From NCBI GenBank assembly GCA_964187785.1, contig OZ076421.1, forward strand, positions 27,838,001-27,902,000: a DNA stretch of 64,000 nt, written 5' to 3'. This DNA comes from Amphiscolops sp. MND2022. Its lineage: Eukaryota. The position numbers and the translations under genes are program-made. Positions 25,927 to 37,933 of this stretch are shown here, in pieces. A model generated the notes under the pieces. The model was not told the origin of the DNA, made no database searches, and saw only the letters and a program-made list of their open reading frames with translations. Numbering within the stretch: the first letter of the stretch is position 1; every line of letters begins with the position of its first letter.

Positions 25927-26322
25927 CTGAAGGAACCGCTCACCGATAAGTATCGCCACAGATTGAAGGATGCGCTCGCCGAAAAGTATCGCCACAGATT
26001 GAAGGAAGCGCTCACTGATAAGTATCGCCGCAGATTGAAGGAAGCGCTCGCCGATAAGTATCGCCACAGATTGAAGGAAGCGCTCGCCGATAAATATCGC
26101 CACAGATTGAAGGAGCCGCTTCGTGTCAAATACCAGACGAAATTGAGGGAACCTTTGAAACTGAAATACCGCACTTCATTGGAGAAACCTTTGAAAAGAA
26201 AATACCAGGCTTCATTGAAGGAGCCTCTCCGGATCAAGAACCAAAATTGTCTGAAAGAACCTCTTCGCATTAAGTACCAAGAGTCAATCAAAGAACGTTC
26301 GCAGCTAAAATATCGAATCAAG
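25927..26322 (+). repeat. Coding 36-bp tandem repeat (12-aa unit LKEALADKYRHR), 5 near-identical plus ~6 diverged units, N-terminal to Rep
   Basis: Visible in track ORF 25891-26478; no spacers, in frame. Confidence 0.9.
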
Positions 26323-26329
26323 AAGTCCA

Positions 26330-28881
26330 CGAAGACGTTTGATGAACTTTTGAATGAATTCCGGCGGAGTGTGTGTTTGGGCCTAACCTTTGAATGTATT
26401 TGCTGCGAACGAGTACTTTTTGAGAATGGTGTTGTTAAGATATCCGAAAACGCTTTTCCCGACTTGACAAACAGTTGATTGCGAGAAGCATCAAATCAGA
26501 ACTTCTTTCTAGTCATAATTATTTGTGCCACTGCTGCCATCGATGTTTACCAAAGGGTGACTTACCCAGCATGTCTGCTCAGAATAGTCTTACTATCGAG
26601 TCACTTCCTGAAGAACTCAAACTTTTGGATTTTGAAATGCAACTGATTGCTAAAGACCTTTTATTTTCGAAAATTTTCAGTTTGCCGGAGTCACGCATGC
26701 CAGCGGTTAAAGACAAAGTTATAAATGTGCCTCTAACGCATACTGATCTTGAAAATACAACAAAGATTCTCCCACGTAATTTGGACCATTCGCTACTGAT
26801 CAATGTGCAATTCAAGCGATGCAAAGATTTCAAAAACGCTCATTCAGAAGCGCTGGTTCTTCCACACATGTTAATCAAGGCGCTAGCGTGGCTGCAATCT
26901 AGAGGAAATCCTTTCTACAATGAAGTTGTCCTGAATCAGAAGTTTCGTCTGGACGAAACAGCCCTTTTTTCAACGGACGAGCAGCCGCAAGATGACCAGG
27001 AAGCAGCTCAAACGAAGAAAGAAGATAACTTAGACACATACCTTATTCCTCAGAACTCGGCTGCTCATGTGATTTCCATTTATGGTGTTGTCCGCGAAGT
27101 CGTCTCGGAAACTATTGTTGTCGCTCCAGGAAAAAAAAACAAATTTCCGACGAACTGCTTGGCTAATGTGGACTTCGAAGCAAAGTCCTTTCCTTGTTTT
27201 TTCCCGTCCGGAAAGTTTACATTGAGTGCTACACGCGATGAGAGAATTAGTTCCCAGCAATACTTCAGTCAGAGGATAATGAACAAGAACTCTCGTTTCT
27301 CCGAAGACAGTAGCTATTTGTTTGCTGCTCAGCAGCGAGTAGAAAGAGAATAACTGGAACGATAATGCGATATATTTTTTCGCAAAGGAAAAACAGAGCG
27401 CTTGGATAATGACACAGTCAAAGTAAGTCAAGATGACATACAAACAGTCTTTCAGCGAATTCGTGGAACTAGTCAATACTGGAGAGTCGCTCGTATTAAG
27501 TTAATCGCAAAAGTTAAGCAACCAACTCGGTCCCTTTCAGTACTTTTTCACGCTTTCATGTGCCGAAATGAGATGGCCCGAGGTTTTTACGACAGTTCTG
27601 AAATCACAAGGACATACAATCAGCCTTGAAGCCAAGTTTGACCCAAGTGGTAATGATTCTCGAGTGCTTGTCGATGACGTGCCTTTGAAAATTTTTCGGG
27701 AATCCCAACCCATCGAAAGAGTTACTGTCCTCCGGCACTTCGTCGTTCATGTTACAAGGATATTCAACAATAGAGTTCGAACCTTCATTCAGAAAGTAGT
27801 AATGTCAAAGTACGAAGGCTGCTTGCCAGTTTTGTTTTATTCATATCGTGTTGAGATGCAGTTACGAGGAAAGGCCCATTTTCATGGTTGCTGGTGGTTG
27901 GATGAAGCGTTCTTGCGCGAATGTAGCTTTTTGAGTGACGAACAGTGAATCGCCAATCTCATTGAAAACTTCATCACTTGCGCATTGCCACTTGAGTCCG
28001 ATCCCTTGCGTCAAATTGTTCAAGAATTTCAAACCCATCATCATACGAAATCTTGTATGAAAAAATCTTTCTCATGCAGGATCGGTTTCTCTAAGTTTCC
28101 TTCGGAAGTGACTTTAATAGCTCAGCAACCGGAGACGAAAGATGAAAATTCCATCGAACAGAGTCGTCTGGTACTACAAAAAGCAAAAAGTTTAATACAT
28201 AGTCCTAATCTGCCTCTCACTTTCGAAGATTTCTACGAACAGCTGAACGTCTCTCGCGAAGTGTATCATTCCGCGCTCTCTATATTTTCGAGAGGCAAAG
28301 TCGTCATCATCAAACGGAACCTCAATGAATTGTATATCAACAATTATAATCCGAAGTGGCTGACGGCGTGGAACGGGAACATGGATCTACAGTTTTGTTG
28401 CGACCCTTATGCTGTGGTTACGTATACTTGTGACTAAAACTCGAAGAATGAGACAGGCCTCACCGATGTTCTCAAGCAAACTGTCAAACAACAACTGGAC
28501 CTGCGTCAGTCAGAATACGAAATGCTCAAAATTCTGAAGAGTGTGTACCTTACTCATCGGCAGATTGGAGCTTGCGAGGCGACATATAGACTTTTGAAGA
28601 GTTTGCATTTAAAAGACTCTAACATAACTACAGTCTTCATAACGACTGGTTTTCCGGAGAATAGGTGTCGGTTCTTGAAGTGGACAGAGGAACAGGATAT
28701 TCAGAATGCGCCGGTAAATATCGCAGGACGAGAAGGGTCCTACTTGTGGACCATGACCATACATGAGAAGTACAGCAAACGGCCTTCTGCCCTCGATGAC
28801 ATTTGTTTAGCAGAATTTGTGATTAACTATAGTTCTATGCCCTCAAATAGTTCCAAACCAAAACGAATTGTCGCAAACTAG
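26330..28881 (+). pseudogene. Helitron Rep (HUH rolling-circle initiator) region with upstream Cys-rich domain, multiple stops and frameshifts
   Basis: FECICCER and LCHCCHRC...KVINVP; EMQLRGKAHFHGCWWL (HUH at 27877-27885); QTHHHTKSC; NNYNPKWLTAWNGNMDLQFCCDPY; HRQIGACEATYRLL. Confidence 0.9.
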
Positions 28882-31510
28882 AGATTGTTTGCCAGTTTTT
28901 GTTCTTTTGAACGATAACGCTGGTGTGATGCGTTTGCGAGAGATTCCGTGTGTTTTGCGATTACATGAGTCCAAAAGGAAGATGGAAAACTACGAGTTTG
29001 TTTACTCTGAGTGCCTATTGTGCTTTTCTTGGAGAATTGAAGATGAACTGCACCGACATTCTTCCGAGGATTCAATCAAATTATACCATGACAATCGAGA
29101 AGTGTTCCTCAGAAACAAGTGCAAAATTTTCCCCTTCACTCAAGAAAATGAAATAACTGAAGAACGCCTCACATCTGTTGACATAACTGCTCACCGAGCT
29201 GTCCACATTAGTGACACTCTAGATCCCCAAAGTGAGCAAATGAATGAGGACGAATTAGATGAGCTTCTAAACCCTGAATTCTGTAATAGGCATTCTGGAT
29301 CCTTCTCCGCTGATGTTACTCCTGGATCACGTACTACTCTGCCGACGATAAAGAGTTTGCAACCGACGGAGATTCGACAAAGTATTCGGTCGTTACATGA
29401 AGAGCAGCGGAAAGTTTTTGATGTGGTTGCACATTTCGTTAATCAGTTTCTGCGTGGTGGCAACCCAACGCCTCCACTTTTTATTGTCCAAGGAGAAGCG
29501 GGCACTGGAAAGACCAAACTCATCAATTCAATTATGAACTATGTGTCATCTATTTCAGCTGGCGGTGGTTCGCAACTTGACAAACCAAAAGCACTGGTCG
29601 TTGCTCCGACCGGAATTGCAGCTTCTCTCGTGAATGGGAATACCTTACATTCAACGTTTCAACTCAATTTCGGCGATGATCTCACCAACCTTGCTGATAG
29701 TTCACTCGACAAATTGAGGTCCACATTGGAATAACTGGTCATATTGATTGTTGATGAAATTAGTATGGTACGTTCGGACCTCTTCTACCAACTGCACGAG
29801 AGGCTTCAAATAGTGAAACAAAACGATCGCCTTTTCGGGGGTATTGCCGTGCTGCTTTTTGGCGACCTCTTGCAGCTCAAGCCTGTTCGCGGTCGTTTCA
29901 TATTTCAACAACCACGCGCTCAAACATATGCCGAATACTATGACTTCTGCAATCTCTGGCTTCAGTTTCAGTCTGTCGTTCTTCAAGCTAATCATCGGTT
30001 AGATATCAACATTTCCCTGGTTTATACATGAGTTGTGCTTTTTCTTTTACCTGTACTGTGTTTTAGGCAGAAAGGTGATTGCAAATTGATAGAAATTCTG
30101 AAACGTGTAAGCACTGCTTCGCTAACTGAAGATGTCCATATTGTCCTATCTTCTCTACAAGTACCTGAAAACGTCGTCTCCCTACCACCAGACGCTACTC
30201 GCATTTTATTCACGAATGCCGAAGTGGACTCTTACAATAATGAGAAGCTGAATAGTTTACCTGGACAAATGTTTGTTTCTAAGTCTGTAGTTACCTCTCC
30301 AGTCGGATGTCGACCAAAAGTAGCGCATGGGAAAACCGATGACACGGCTTTTAGTGACTTGGTCAGTTTGCAAGTGGGATCTCGAGTAATGTTGGTTTAT
30401 AATGTGGATGTCAAAGTTGGCCTAACCAACGGCCAGTTGGGAACAATTGTGGGCAATATTTCCTCTGATTTATGTCTAATTGATTGCGTGCTTGTTTCTT
30501 TCGACGACAAGCACATCGGTACCTTCCTTGCCAACCAGTACACGCAATTTCAGAAGACATACCCGGGGGCCGTTCCGATTTTCAAAGCTTTCGTATCCTA
30601 CCAGCTTGGAGGAAAAAGTCAACACGGTGCTCGCTCCCATTTGCTACAACTCCCCCTCCGCCTCGCTTGGGCTCTAATTTGCCATAAAGTGCAAGGTCAA
30701 ACTTTTCCTTCTGGACAAAAGGTAATAATCAAATGGGATCGAAGTCTACAACCTGGAATGGCATACGTCATGCTTAGCCGGGCCAAAAGTATGTCGGACA
30801 TATCAATAACAGGCGACTTTTCTCCACGACAATTAAGATGTAATGCTGAGGCCAAGTTAATGTGCGATTTTCGGCAGCTTCCCGAAAGGTCCGCAACGTC
30901 TACCGCGAACATTTTCTTGAACAGTCCTAAGCTGAGAAATTGTTGCCTAAATATCCAGTCGTTGAATGCCAATATAGAAGATCTCAAGGCAGATTATCTC
31001 ATCAATTCTTGTGACTTTCTTCTGCTGTCTGAAACTTGGCTAGAGACGAGTTATCCAGTTCTTGACTTGCAGCCTAGAGTTTTGACATCCAGACATCTGA
31101 AAGAAGGCAGAGGGCGAGGTTTAAGTAAATACTCAACTCATACAAACTGCGAAATACAACTTCATAACTCAATGATCAAAATTCTTGTGAAGGCTGCCAG
31201 CTTCTCAATTATTGGAGTGTATAGAAACCATCAATGTCCTTTTTCGCTTTTTATGGATAACTTGCTAAACCGTATCACTGATGAAACTGCCATTATCATA
31301 GGAGATTTCAACTCTCCGGGCCCAACTCGCATTGAAGGCTTCCTTGAAAAGCTCGGCTTCAGGCAGCTTGTCGCTACGCCAACGCATTGTGCAGGCAACA
31401 AACTCGATCTTTGTTTCGTGAGATACATTGACGTCTCACTCTTTGTTCATCCTTGCTACTATTTCCATCACGATTGTATCTGTGTAACTGTCAATAGCAT
31501 CAAGTCCTAA
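28868..31510 (+). pseudogene. PIF1-family SF1B helicase fused to an APE/EEP endonuclease (Helentron C-terminal half)
   Basis: Walker A GEAGTGKT (29492-29515), APTGIAA, IVDEISMV, FGGIAVLLFGDLLQLKPV, HKVQGQT, AYVMLSRA. A GT-AG intron at 29998-30066 restores NHRQKGD. EEP motifs LNIQSL, LLLSETW, IIGDFN, LDLCF, FHHD. Confidence 0.92.
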
Positions 31511-31717
31511 TCGTTTTTTTTTCTGTTATGTCAAGAATAGTAAGTATTTGATTTAGATGAAGTTTTTGTTTTAACTGTCCAGTTTTTGAATTCAAAATTA
31601 ATTTCTTCAGCTATTTTTTTGTTTTGTTTAGAAACTCGGTAAAGCATCTGTTGGACGGGGAGGTTAACAGTCATATCAAATATTCAAGTTCTTAGGCGAG
31701 ACGTCAACATGGATTCT

Positions 31718-31820
31718 AGTTCGGATGTAACGTTTTCAAAGTTCGGATGTAACGTTTTCAAAGCTCCGATGTAATGTTTTCAAAGTTCCGATATAACGTT
31801 TTCAAAGTTCAGATATAATT
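31718..31820 (+). repeat. 22-bp tandem array (AGTTCGGATGTAACGTTTTCAA x ~4.5) in the Helentron 3' region
   Basis: Units at 31718, 31740, 31762, 31784 and a partial one at 31806. A reverse-complement array lies at ~32424-32578. Confidence 0.9.
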
Positions 31821-32288
31821 TTTTCATTTCTCGTATAATATCAATTTTTGCCCCAAAATGTCACATAATTTGCTTCCAAAGTATTGCTTAGGGGTCAGAG
31901 TTTCAGTATTATAAGACTTTGGATTTTTGAGCCTTAGATATGGCGCCGACTTGGGCCGATCCCGGCTTGTTGGTACTAAAAAACTCTAGTAATGAAACCT
32001 GATGTAATGGCAATAACAGAGATTCTTCGAATGACAGAAATTAACCCAATGGAAAAACTTCACTTCAATGGACATCAGTCAATTGTTTCAAATCCACGTA
32101 AGAAATATAAACATCGATCGGGTGGTGTTGCCTCTAATACCAAAGTTGGTATGCAACTTTAGCCAATGAAAACAATCGAGGTTGAGTTCCAGCCTATTAA
32201 GGTGGAATTCAACCACGACGTATTCATACTTTTCATGTAATTTATTCAGACAAAAATTTTGGGCTGTCACGTTTCTTGAGAAAACAGG

Positions 32289-32711
32289 AACAAGCCGGGA
32301 ACGACCCAAGTCGTCGCCGTACCTAAGGCTCAACAAGTTATATGAAATTTTGGGGGAAAAATCGATAACGTTATACGATGAGTGAAAACGGTGAATACGG
32401 ACTTTGAAGAAGTTGCATCAGAGTTTTGGAAACGTTACTTCAGAATTTTGAAAACGTTACATCCGAACGTTGAAATCGTTACATCCACACTTTAAAACGT
32501 TATATTCTAACACTTTGAAAACAATATATTCGAAGTTTGAAAACGGTACACCGAGCTTTGAAACGTTATACCCAAACTGAGATCCGTGTTATTCCCTCGA
32601 CTAAAAAATGAACAAAAAAAAACAAAACGTGGACCTATTCAAGGTAAACTGAGAACAAACTACCCACTGTTATACCTGGGCCCTTTTCTTAGGAAAAGTG
32701 CCGACTCAAAA
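32289..32711 (-). mobile_element. Complete ~420-bp non-autonomous Helentron derivative (HINE)
   Basis: Minus strand starts TTTTGAGTCGGCACTTTTCCTAAGAAAA...ACAGTGGGTAGTTT (like 21028-21085), carries ~7 units of the 22-bp array, and ends GGCGACGACTTGGGTCGTTCCCGGCTTGTT (like 31942-31971). Confidence 0.8.
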
Positions 32712-34675
32712 CAAATCAGGATCATAATGAACCTGAGAGATGATAATGCAAGGATCTTTTTTCCTAGTCGATCAAAAATTAATGTCATTCTAACAACAGC
32801 TTGAATTCACCTTTCAAAAGTTTTCGCTTATTCCATTTCGACGGCAACTTTTCTTGTTTCTTCAAAAGTACTTGTTCGTGAAAAACACTCATGAGTCGAG
32901 AGTTTCAAAAGTACTTTTGAAGGAACAAATAAAGTTTCCGTCGAAATGGGATATGCAATAAGTTTTAAAATGTTGCTCCCCAATGATAGAACCTCAATTA
33001 GCAACATTATTCATGAACTGGGATGAAAAAGTCATTTTCCCGATTGCTTCGAAACAACAACAATATTATTACATTGTTGAGGTGACTGCAAGGACACCGG
33101 AAATTTCAGGTCAAAAGGATGTTCATGTTCTTTGAGAAGACTTTTCGAAAAATCATCACTCATACGATTGCTGTATTTTTAGCCAACACGAAATCTTTTG
33201 CATAGAACTCAGTTTGGGTTTAGATCTAAAAACAGCTTCGCAACTGTAGTCGAATACATGAGACCAGCTATAGATAAAAAGCAGTGAACGAACTTTGTTT
33301 CATTGATGTGCAGAAAGCTTCCGATACTCTTAATTATGAAGTGTTTTCGTTTGGAAGTGAAGCTTACGGTTACCGAGGGACAGTAACTTTGAGGGACAGT
33401 TATCAAAAAATTCCTATCAAATTTCTAAAGGATAGGAGTCAATTCGTATGTAACAATATGCAAGCATCATCAAAAGGACAGATTATTGCGAATATCAAAC
33501 GACGATCTCTGTTCGGGTCATTTCTTTTTGGAAACCCAAATGATTTATAAGCTGTTATCAAAGCAAGTCAAGTTGCCATGTTTTCTGATGACACAAGTTA
33601 CCCCAAGAACGAAAAAAAAAGCGAAGTTTCATTTTATGTAGTTGTTGAAATTGTGTCAAGGGTAATAGGTGACAAGTTATTGTAATGGTCGCAAAATGTG
33701 AAGTTCTTTCATTTGGCAAGGGGTTTTTTGGGAATATATATTTTTAAAAAAGTCATTGAAATACTAGGAAAAATAACTAGTTGGATATTTGATAATCGCT
33801 GACCACCTATAGTATGTTCGTGTGCTTGACCGTTTCGTTAACCAAATCTATCACAACCTATGGTTTATTGATTTATGGAGCTAAAATGATTTATAGGCTG
33901 ATCATTTTTGAAATTTCTCAAAGCAGAAGTCGTGCAGGGATTGTTTCATACAAAATTTCGATTACCTCAGATACATTTGGTTCTAAAGCAAACTCTAGAC
34001 TGTCTTTGAAAGGTATATAGAATTGTTCACAGCAGGTCGGAACAGATTAGAAGTGAGTATCCCCTAGAAATCTTCACTTTTCCTTCACATGCAAAGATTC
34101 ATATTTTATAAAATCGTGGTCGTTGAAGGAACATTTCCTTTCTGGGAAATATGTGGACAGTGGTCAGACAAAATGAAATCTCATTTTTTATGACGTTTGT
34201 TTGTTGAATTTGGATTTGATCTTTTTTGATTTCGACAGTTTTTGAAAACGTTTGGAAGATGACTAATACGGAAACCAGGTCACTTCTTGACAAAATTGAT
34301 GTTGTATGTGCTTAACAACAGAGTAGTTTTATCGTTGATTTTTTCTAATTTTTTTCATCAATCCATATAATGGTTTCTCAAGGGCTTGACGAGCAGTCTC
34401 TTCGCCTGTACTGGCTGGACGTTTGCTATCATAGTTACATGCATTTGGAAGTTCTGTTTGTATTTTGTATATCGATTTTACTGTTCTGATCTGGTTGGAT
34501 AAGCGTTTCTCCATTCAGACCCTTTTGCAGCACCAACTTTACACAATCTCAGACTGTTCCGTTGTCTGTCTATTTTGCGTAGTGGAAACCCTCGTAATCG
34601 AGAGTTCAGCATTTCGCTGCGAATAAAGTTTCAGCGTTTTAGAACACAATTGGACAATAATTTCACTGTCAGCCA

Positions 34676-34702
34676 AATAATAATAATAATAATAATAATA
34701 AT
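34676..34702. repeat. (AAT)9 microsatellite
   Basis: Read directly from the sequence. Confidence 0.95.
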
Positions 34703-35274
34703 TTAATTCATCTATTAAATAGAGTATCTATATCTATAGATACTATTTAAAGGTATCTATTTAAATAAAACAGGTATTCAAAATAAACAATAGGCATGAC
34801 ACTACCAGAAAAGACTTTCAAAGGCGCAATGCCCGTTTAACAAAAGCCTTGAACAAATTAGGATTTACAATGAGGAGTGTTGCTGATAAAATATCATTTA
34901 AAACCGTGAAATATTATTTAATTAACTGTTTGGAAAGCAATGTCGCGGTGTTTTAGTGACAATCCGTCGGAACACAAAGCCATTGTTGAGAAGGTGAATT
35001 TGATCAGATTTGAAACAAATACTGTCTGCGTACAGCGACAACTCATATCAAATCGAAAGAGTGAAAACTCGGTGGTTTCCCGAATGACATAAATGCAAAT
35101 AACATAAAAATAAATTAATTCCCAGAAAACATAAAAGTACATTGAATTCCCATTTAACATAAAAGTAAAATATTATTACGTATAACTTCATGTATAACGT
35201 AGTCAGATATGTTCACATACCCCTAGTGCCCTAAATGCAGGAGCGAAGCGAAGCGGAGCGACGTGCCATATGGC

Positions 35275-35803
35275 CAGGGACTCCGAAAAAATAATTTTTA
35301 TGGAAATAATGGCCATAAATTATTTGTTTTTCATCACGAAAATAAAAATTATTTATTTTCAGATAGAGTTTAGGGAAATGATTTATTTCACATACTTGAA
35401 ATAATTCAAGAAAATTTTGGCGCCAACAGAAGTGGAAAGCAAACAAAACGCGTGATCAAAATTTCTCATTTGTCGAGCAAAAAACACACTCAAGACAATA
35501 TCACACCAATGCACCAGGAAGATGAACTGTTCTTATCAATAATACTAAATTCTGGGATGCCTAATGGATTTCCTGCATAATGTAATTTGAATTTTGCTAT
35601 TCAAATTGCTTTAGAAAATTTACCATTATTTCCATTATTTATTTTTTTCAAAAAGTTAGGGAAATAATTTATTTTTTGCGAAGGATTAGGGAAATTATTG
35701 ATGGCTTTACGTCCATAAAATGCCATTATTTTTTTGCGAAGGATTAGGGAAATTATTGATGGCTTTACGTCCATAAAATGCCATTATTTTTACGGAGTCC
35801 CTG
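35275..35803. mobile_element. hAT-type MITE (529 bp), 20-bp TIRs, 8-bp TSD
   Basis: TIR CAGGGACTCCG(A/T)AAAAATAA at both ends (1 mismatch). CATATGGC duplicated at 35267-35274 and 35804-35811. Internal 58-bp tandem duplication at ~35672-35787. Confidence 0.9.
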
Positions 35804-36330
35804 CATATGGCCATGCCTCAATGTTGCTACTTGGCGAAGGGAGCGAAGCGACCGATCCATACAACAGATATGCAAACCTTTTCAAATAAATTAAGTTCCA
35901 TCATATTGGCTGTAACAATGATTCAGCGCAAGCGAGAAAATAATGCAAGGTTGAATTTCAATTTTCAACCAATCAGAAGCGTTTAATTGTTTTATGTTTT
36001 CTGGGAATTGATTTATTTTTATGTTATTTGCATTAATGTCATTTGCATTTATGTCATTTGGGACGTAATCGAAAACTCTACAATCAAACCTCATATCCGA
36101 AAATTAAACAAAAGAATCCAAATAATTTATGAAATTTGAAACAAATTACCTAGTTGATCAGCAATTAATAGATAATATAATGTACTATGAGGATATTATG
36201 GTAAAAATTAATGCCTTGGATAATTAATAGATTATCTCGCCTTGGTCAAACGGTTTGAGAAAACAATCTTGGATAAAATGCATAAAATGTCAATTGATGT
36301 CAAATAAATTGTGCAATGTTTAATCGTAGC

Positions 36331-36854
36331 TTTTTACTCGGTGCTTCATTAAGTGAAACGTGATTATTATAGTAACTTTTTTCAATCCACACGAACTTAC
36401 AAAAGTAGTTTTTAAAAGTTCTACAAAATTTTATTGTGTCACATTGAAGCATTTGGCCTAGCGAACTGAACCAAAAAGGTCGTTCCTTTTTTCCGCGTAA
36501 CATACAACTCCGAGCGAGACGAAAGTGTCTCCCTTTCAGTTTTTTTTCTGTATTTTACGACAGAATGGATCATTGAAAATCCCAAAGGGTTCCCCTTCCA
36601 GATTCTCTCGAAATTTAGATTTTTTCAACGAATATTTTTATAGTGTCCAAAGGGTCTCCGTTCAATTTTTTTTAAATGTTTTGCAACAGAATGGGTGTAA
36701 AGAATCAGAAAGAAGCTCTCCTTTTAGCGCGCCAATTTGGTCCAACTTTTGATTTTTTCGGGTACTGTAAAAGAGTATAATTGACACTTTGAAGTGCTTT
36801 TGCTACTTTTGATTCCTAGATATGCCACCGACTTACGCTGTTCCCGGTTTGCTT
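36331..36854 (+). repeat. HINE-like dispersed repeat copy
   Basis: Degenerate 5' TTTTTACTCGGTGC, shared internal block, 3' GATATGCCACCGACTTACGCTGTTCCCGGTTTGCTT. Confidence 0.65.
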
Positions 36855-37100
36855 AAATTTATTGAATTATTGTTTGGTTAAGAACCTATAGACAACTATA
36901 TATCTACTTATACGGGTTATCGCTGCACAATTTGTCGCTATGCGTGATGTCTTGAGTTTTTTTTACAAAACCCCAATGATCTACTTTTATGCAATTGGCT
37001 GGTACCTCGGCATTATTTTGTTGATTTGGCAGGTTGGTATTTCAATGTTTGATGAATAGCGTTAACAAACACCGATAGATGTCGAATTAACTAGAAAGCG

Positions 37101-37504
37101 TTTTTATCGGCGCTTCATGAAGTGAAAAGCGATTATTATAGTGGCTTTTTTTCAATCCACACGAACTGACCAAAATAGTTCTTGAAAGATCTACAAAATT
37201 TTGTGGTGTCGAATTGAGCCAATTGACCTAACGAACTGAACCAAAAAGGTTTTTCTTTTTTTTCGCGTAACATACAATACCGGGCGAGACTAAATTTTTT
37301 CGTCAATGTGGGACCTTTTTTCGGAAATTTTTTTTTCACCGAAGGGTCTCCCCTTCAATTTTCATGGTTTTGCGACGGAAATGTTGAAAAATCCCAAAAT
37401 GTCCTCCCCTTTTATTCGGTCCAACTTTTGGGTTTTTCGGGTACTGTAAAAGAGAATACTTGACACTTTGGAGTCCTTTTGTTATTTTTTAGCCTTAGAT
37501 AAGG
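37101..37504 (+). repeat. HINE-like copy whose 3' end was split by the BEL/Pao insertion (continues at 44453-44480)
   Basis: Removing 37505-44452 gives TTTTAGCCTTAGATAAGGCGCCGACTTATGCCGTTCCCGCCTTGCT, which matches the family 3' motif. Confidence 0.8.
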
Positions 37505-37933
37505 TGTAAGAAAACTGTGGGGTTTGCATTCAGTTTCTTTTACTAGTTTCTATTTCAATCCAGTGTATCGAATAAGGTAAATCGTTTTAGTCAACAGCAA
37601 TTCAACAGTTAGTTTGAGAAGTTTTCACATTCATTGAATCGAGACAAGTGAAAGTTATCACGTTCGTTTCAGAAAAAGTTTAAGAAAGTTTTCAGGCAGG
37701 CGGAAGTTGTCGTGACTTCTGTTGAAAACCAAATTCGCTTGAAATGTTCGAAGTCAGCTACACCCGGCCTCATTTTGCAATCGCAAAATTTTTTTAATTT
37801 TAAAATTGGGGTAATGCTGAAAATTGGAATCATGTAGGAAACAACCTAAATAAACAGAACTGCGTCGAAAAATTTGATATCTAGTATGATCATTCTGTCT
37901 TTCTTTGAATAGTTGATCTTTGTAATCTGGAAG

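Larger units (their letters stand above)
21028..31971 (+). mobile_element. Helentron (endonuclease-containing Helitron), ~10.9 kb, decayed
   Basis: Contains Rep, PIF1 and APE coding remnants. 5' subterminal AGTCGGCGCC (21033-21042) with an adjacent partial inverted copy; 3' GGCGCCGACT (31942-31951) followed by hairpin GCCG-ATCC-CGGC and TTGTT. The coding identity is strong; the exact 5' boundary is inferred. Confidence 0.8.
31985..34702 (+). mobile_element. Highly degenerate CR1/L2-like LINE relic interrupted by a HINE copy
   Basis: APE-like MKPDVMAITE and GGVA (~31995-32135); RT-like LCFIDVQKASDTL (~33293), GSFLF...NDL and AMFSDDT (~33575-33595); possible (AAT)9 tail at 34676-34702. Confidence 0.55.

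Noticed and set aside
34715-34750. AT-rich hairpin AGTATCTATA-TC-TATAGATACT
   Set aside because: Short low-complexity palindrome next to a microsatellite; no associated structure.
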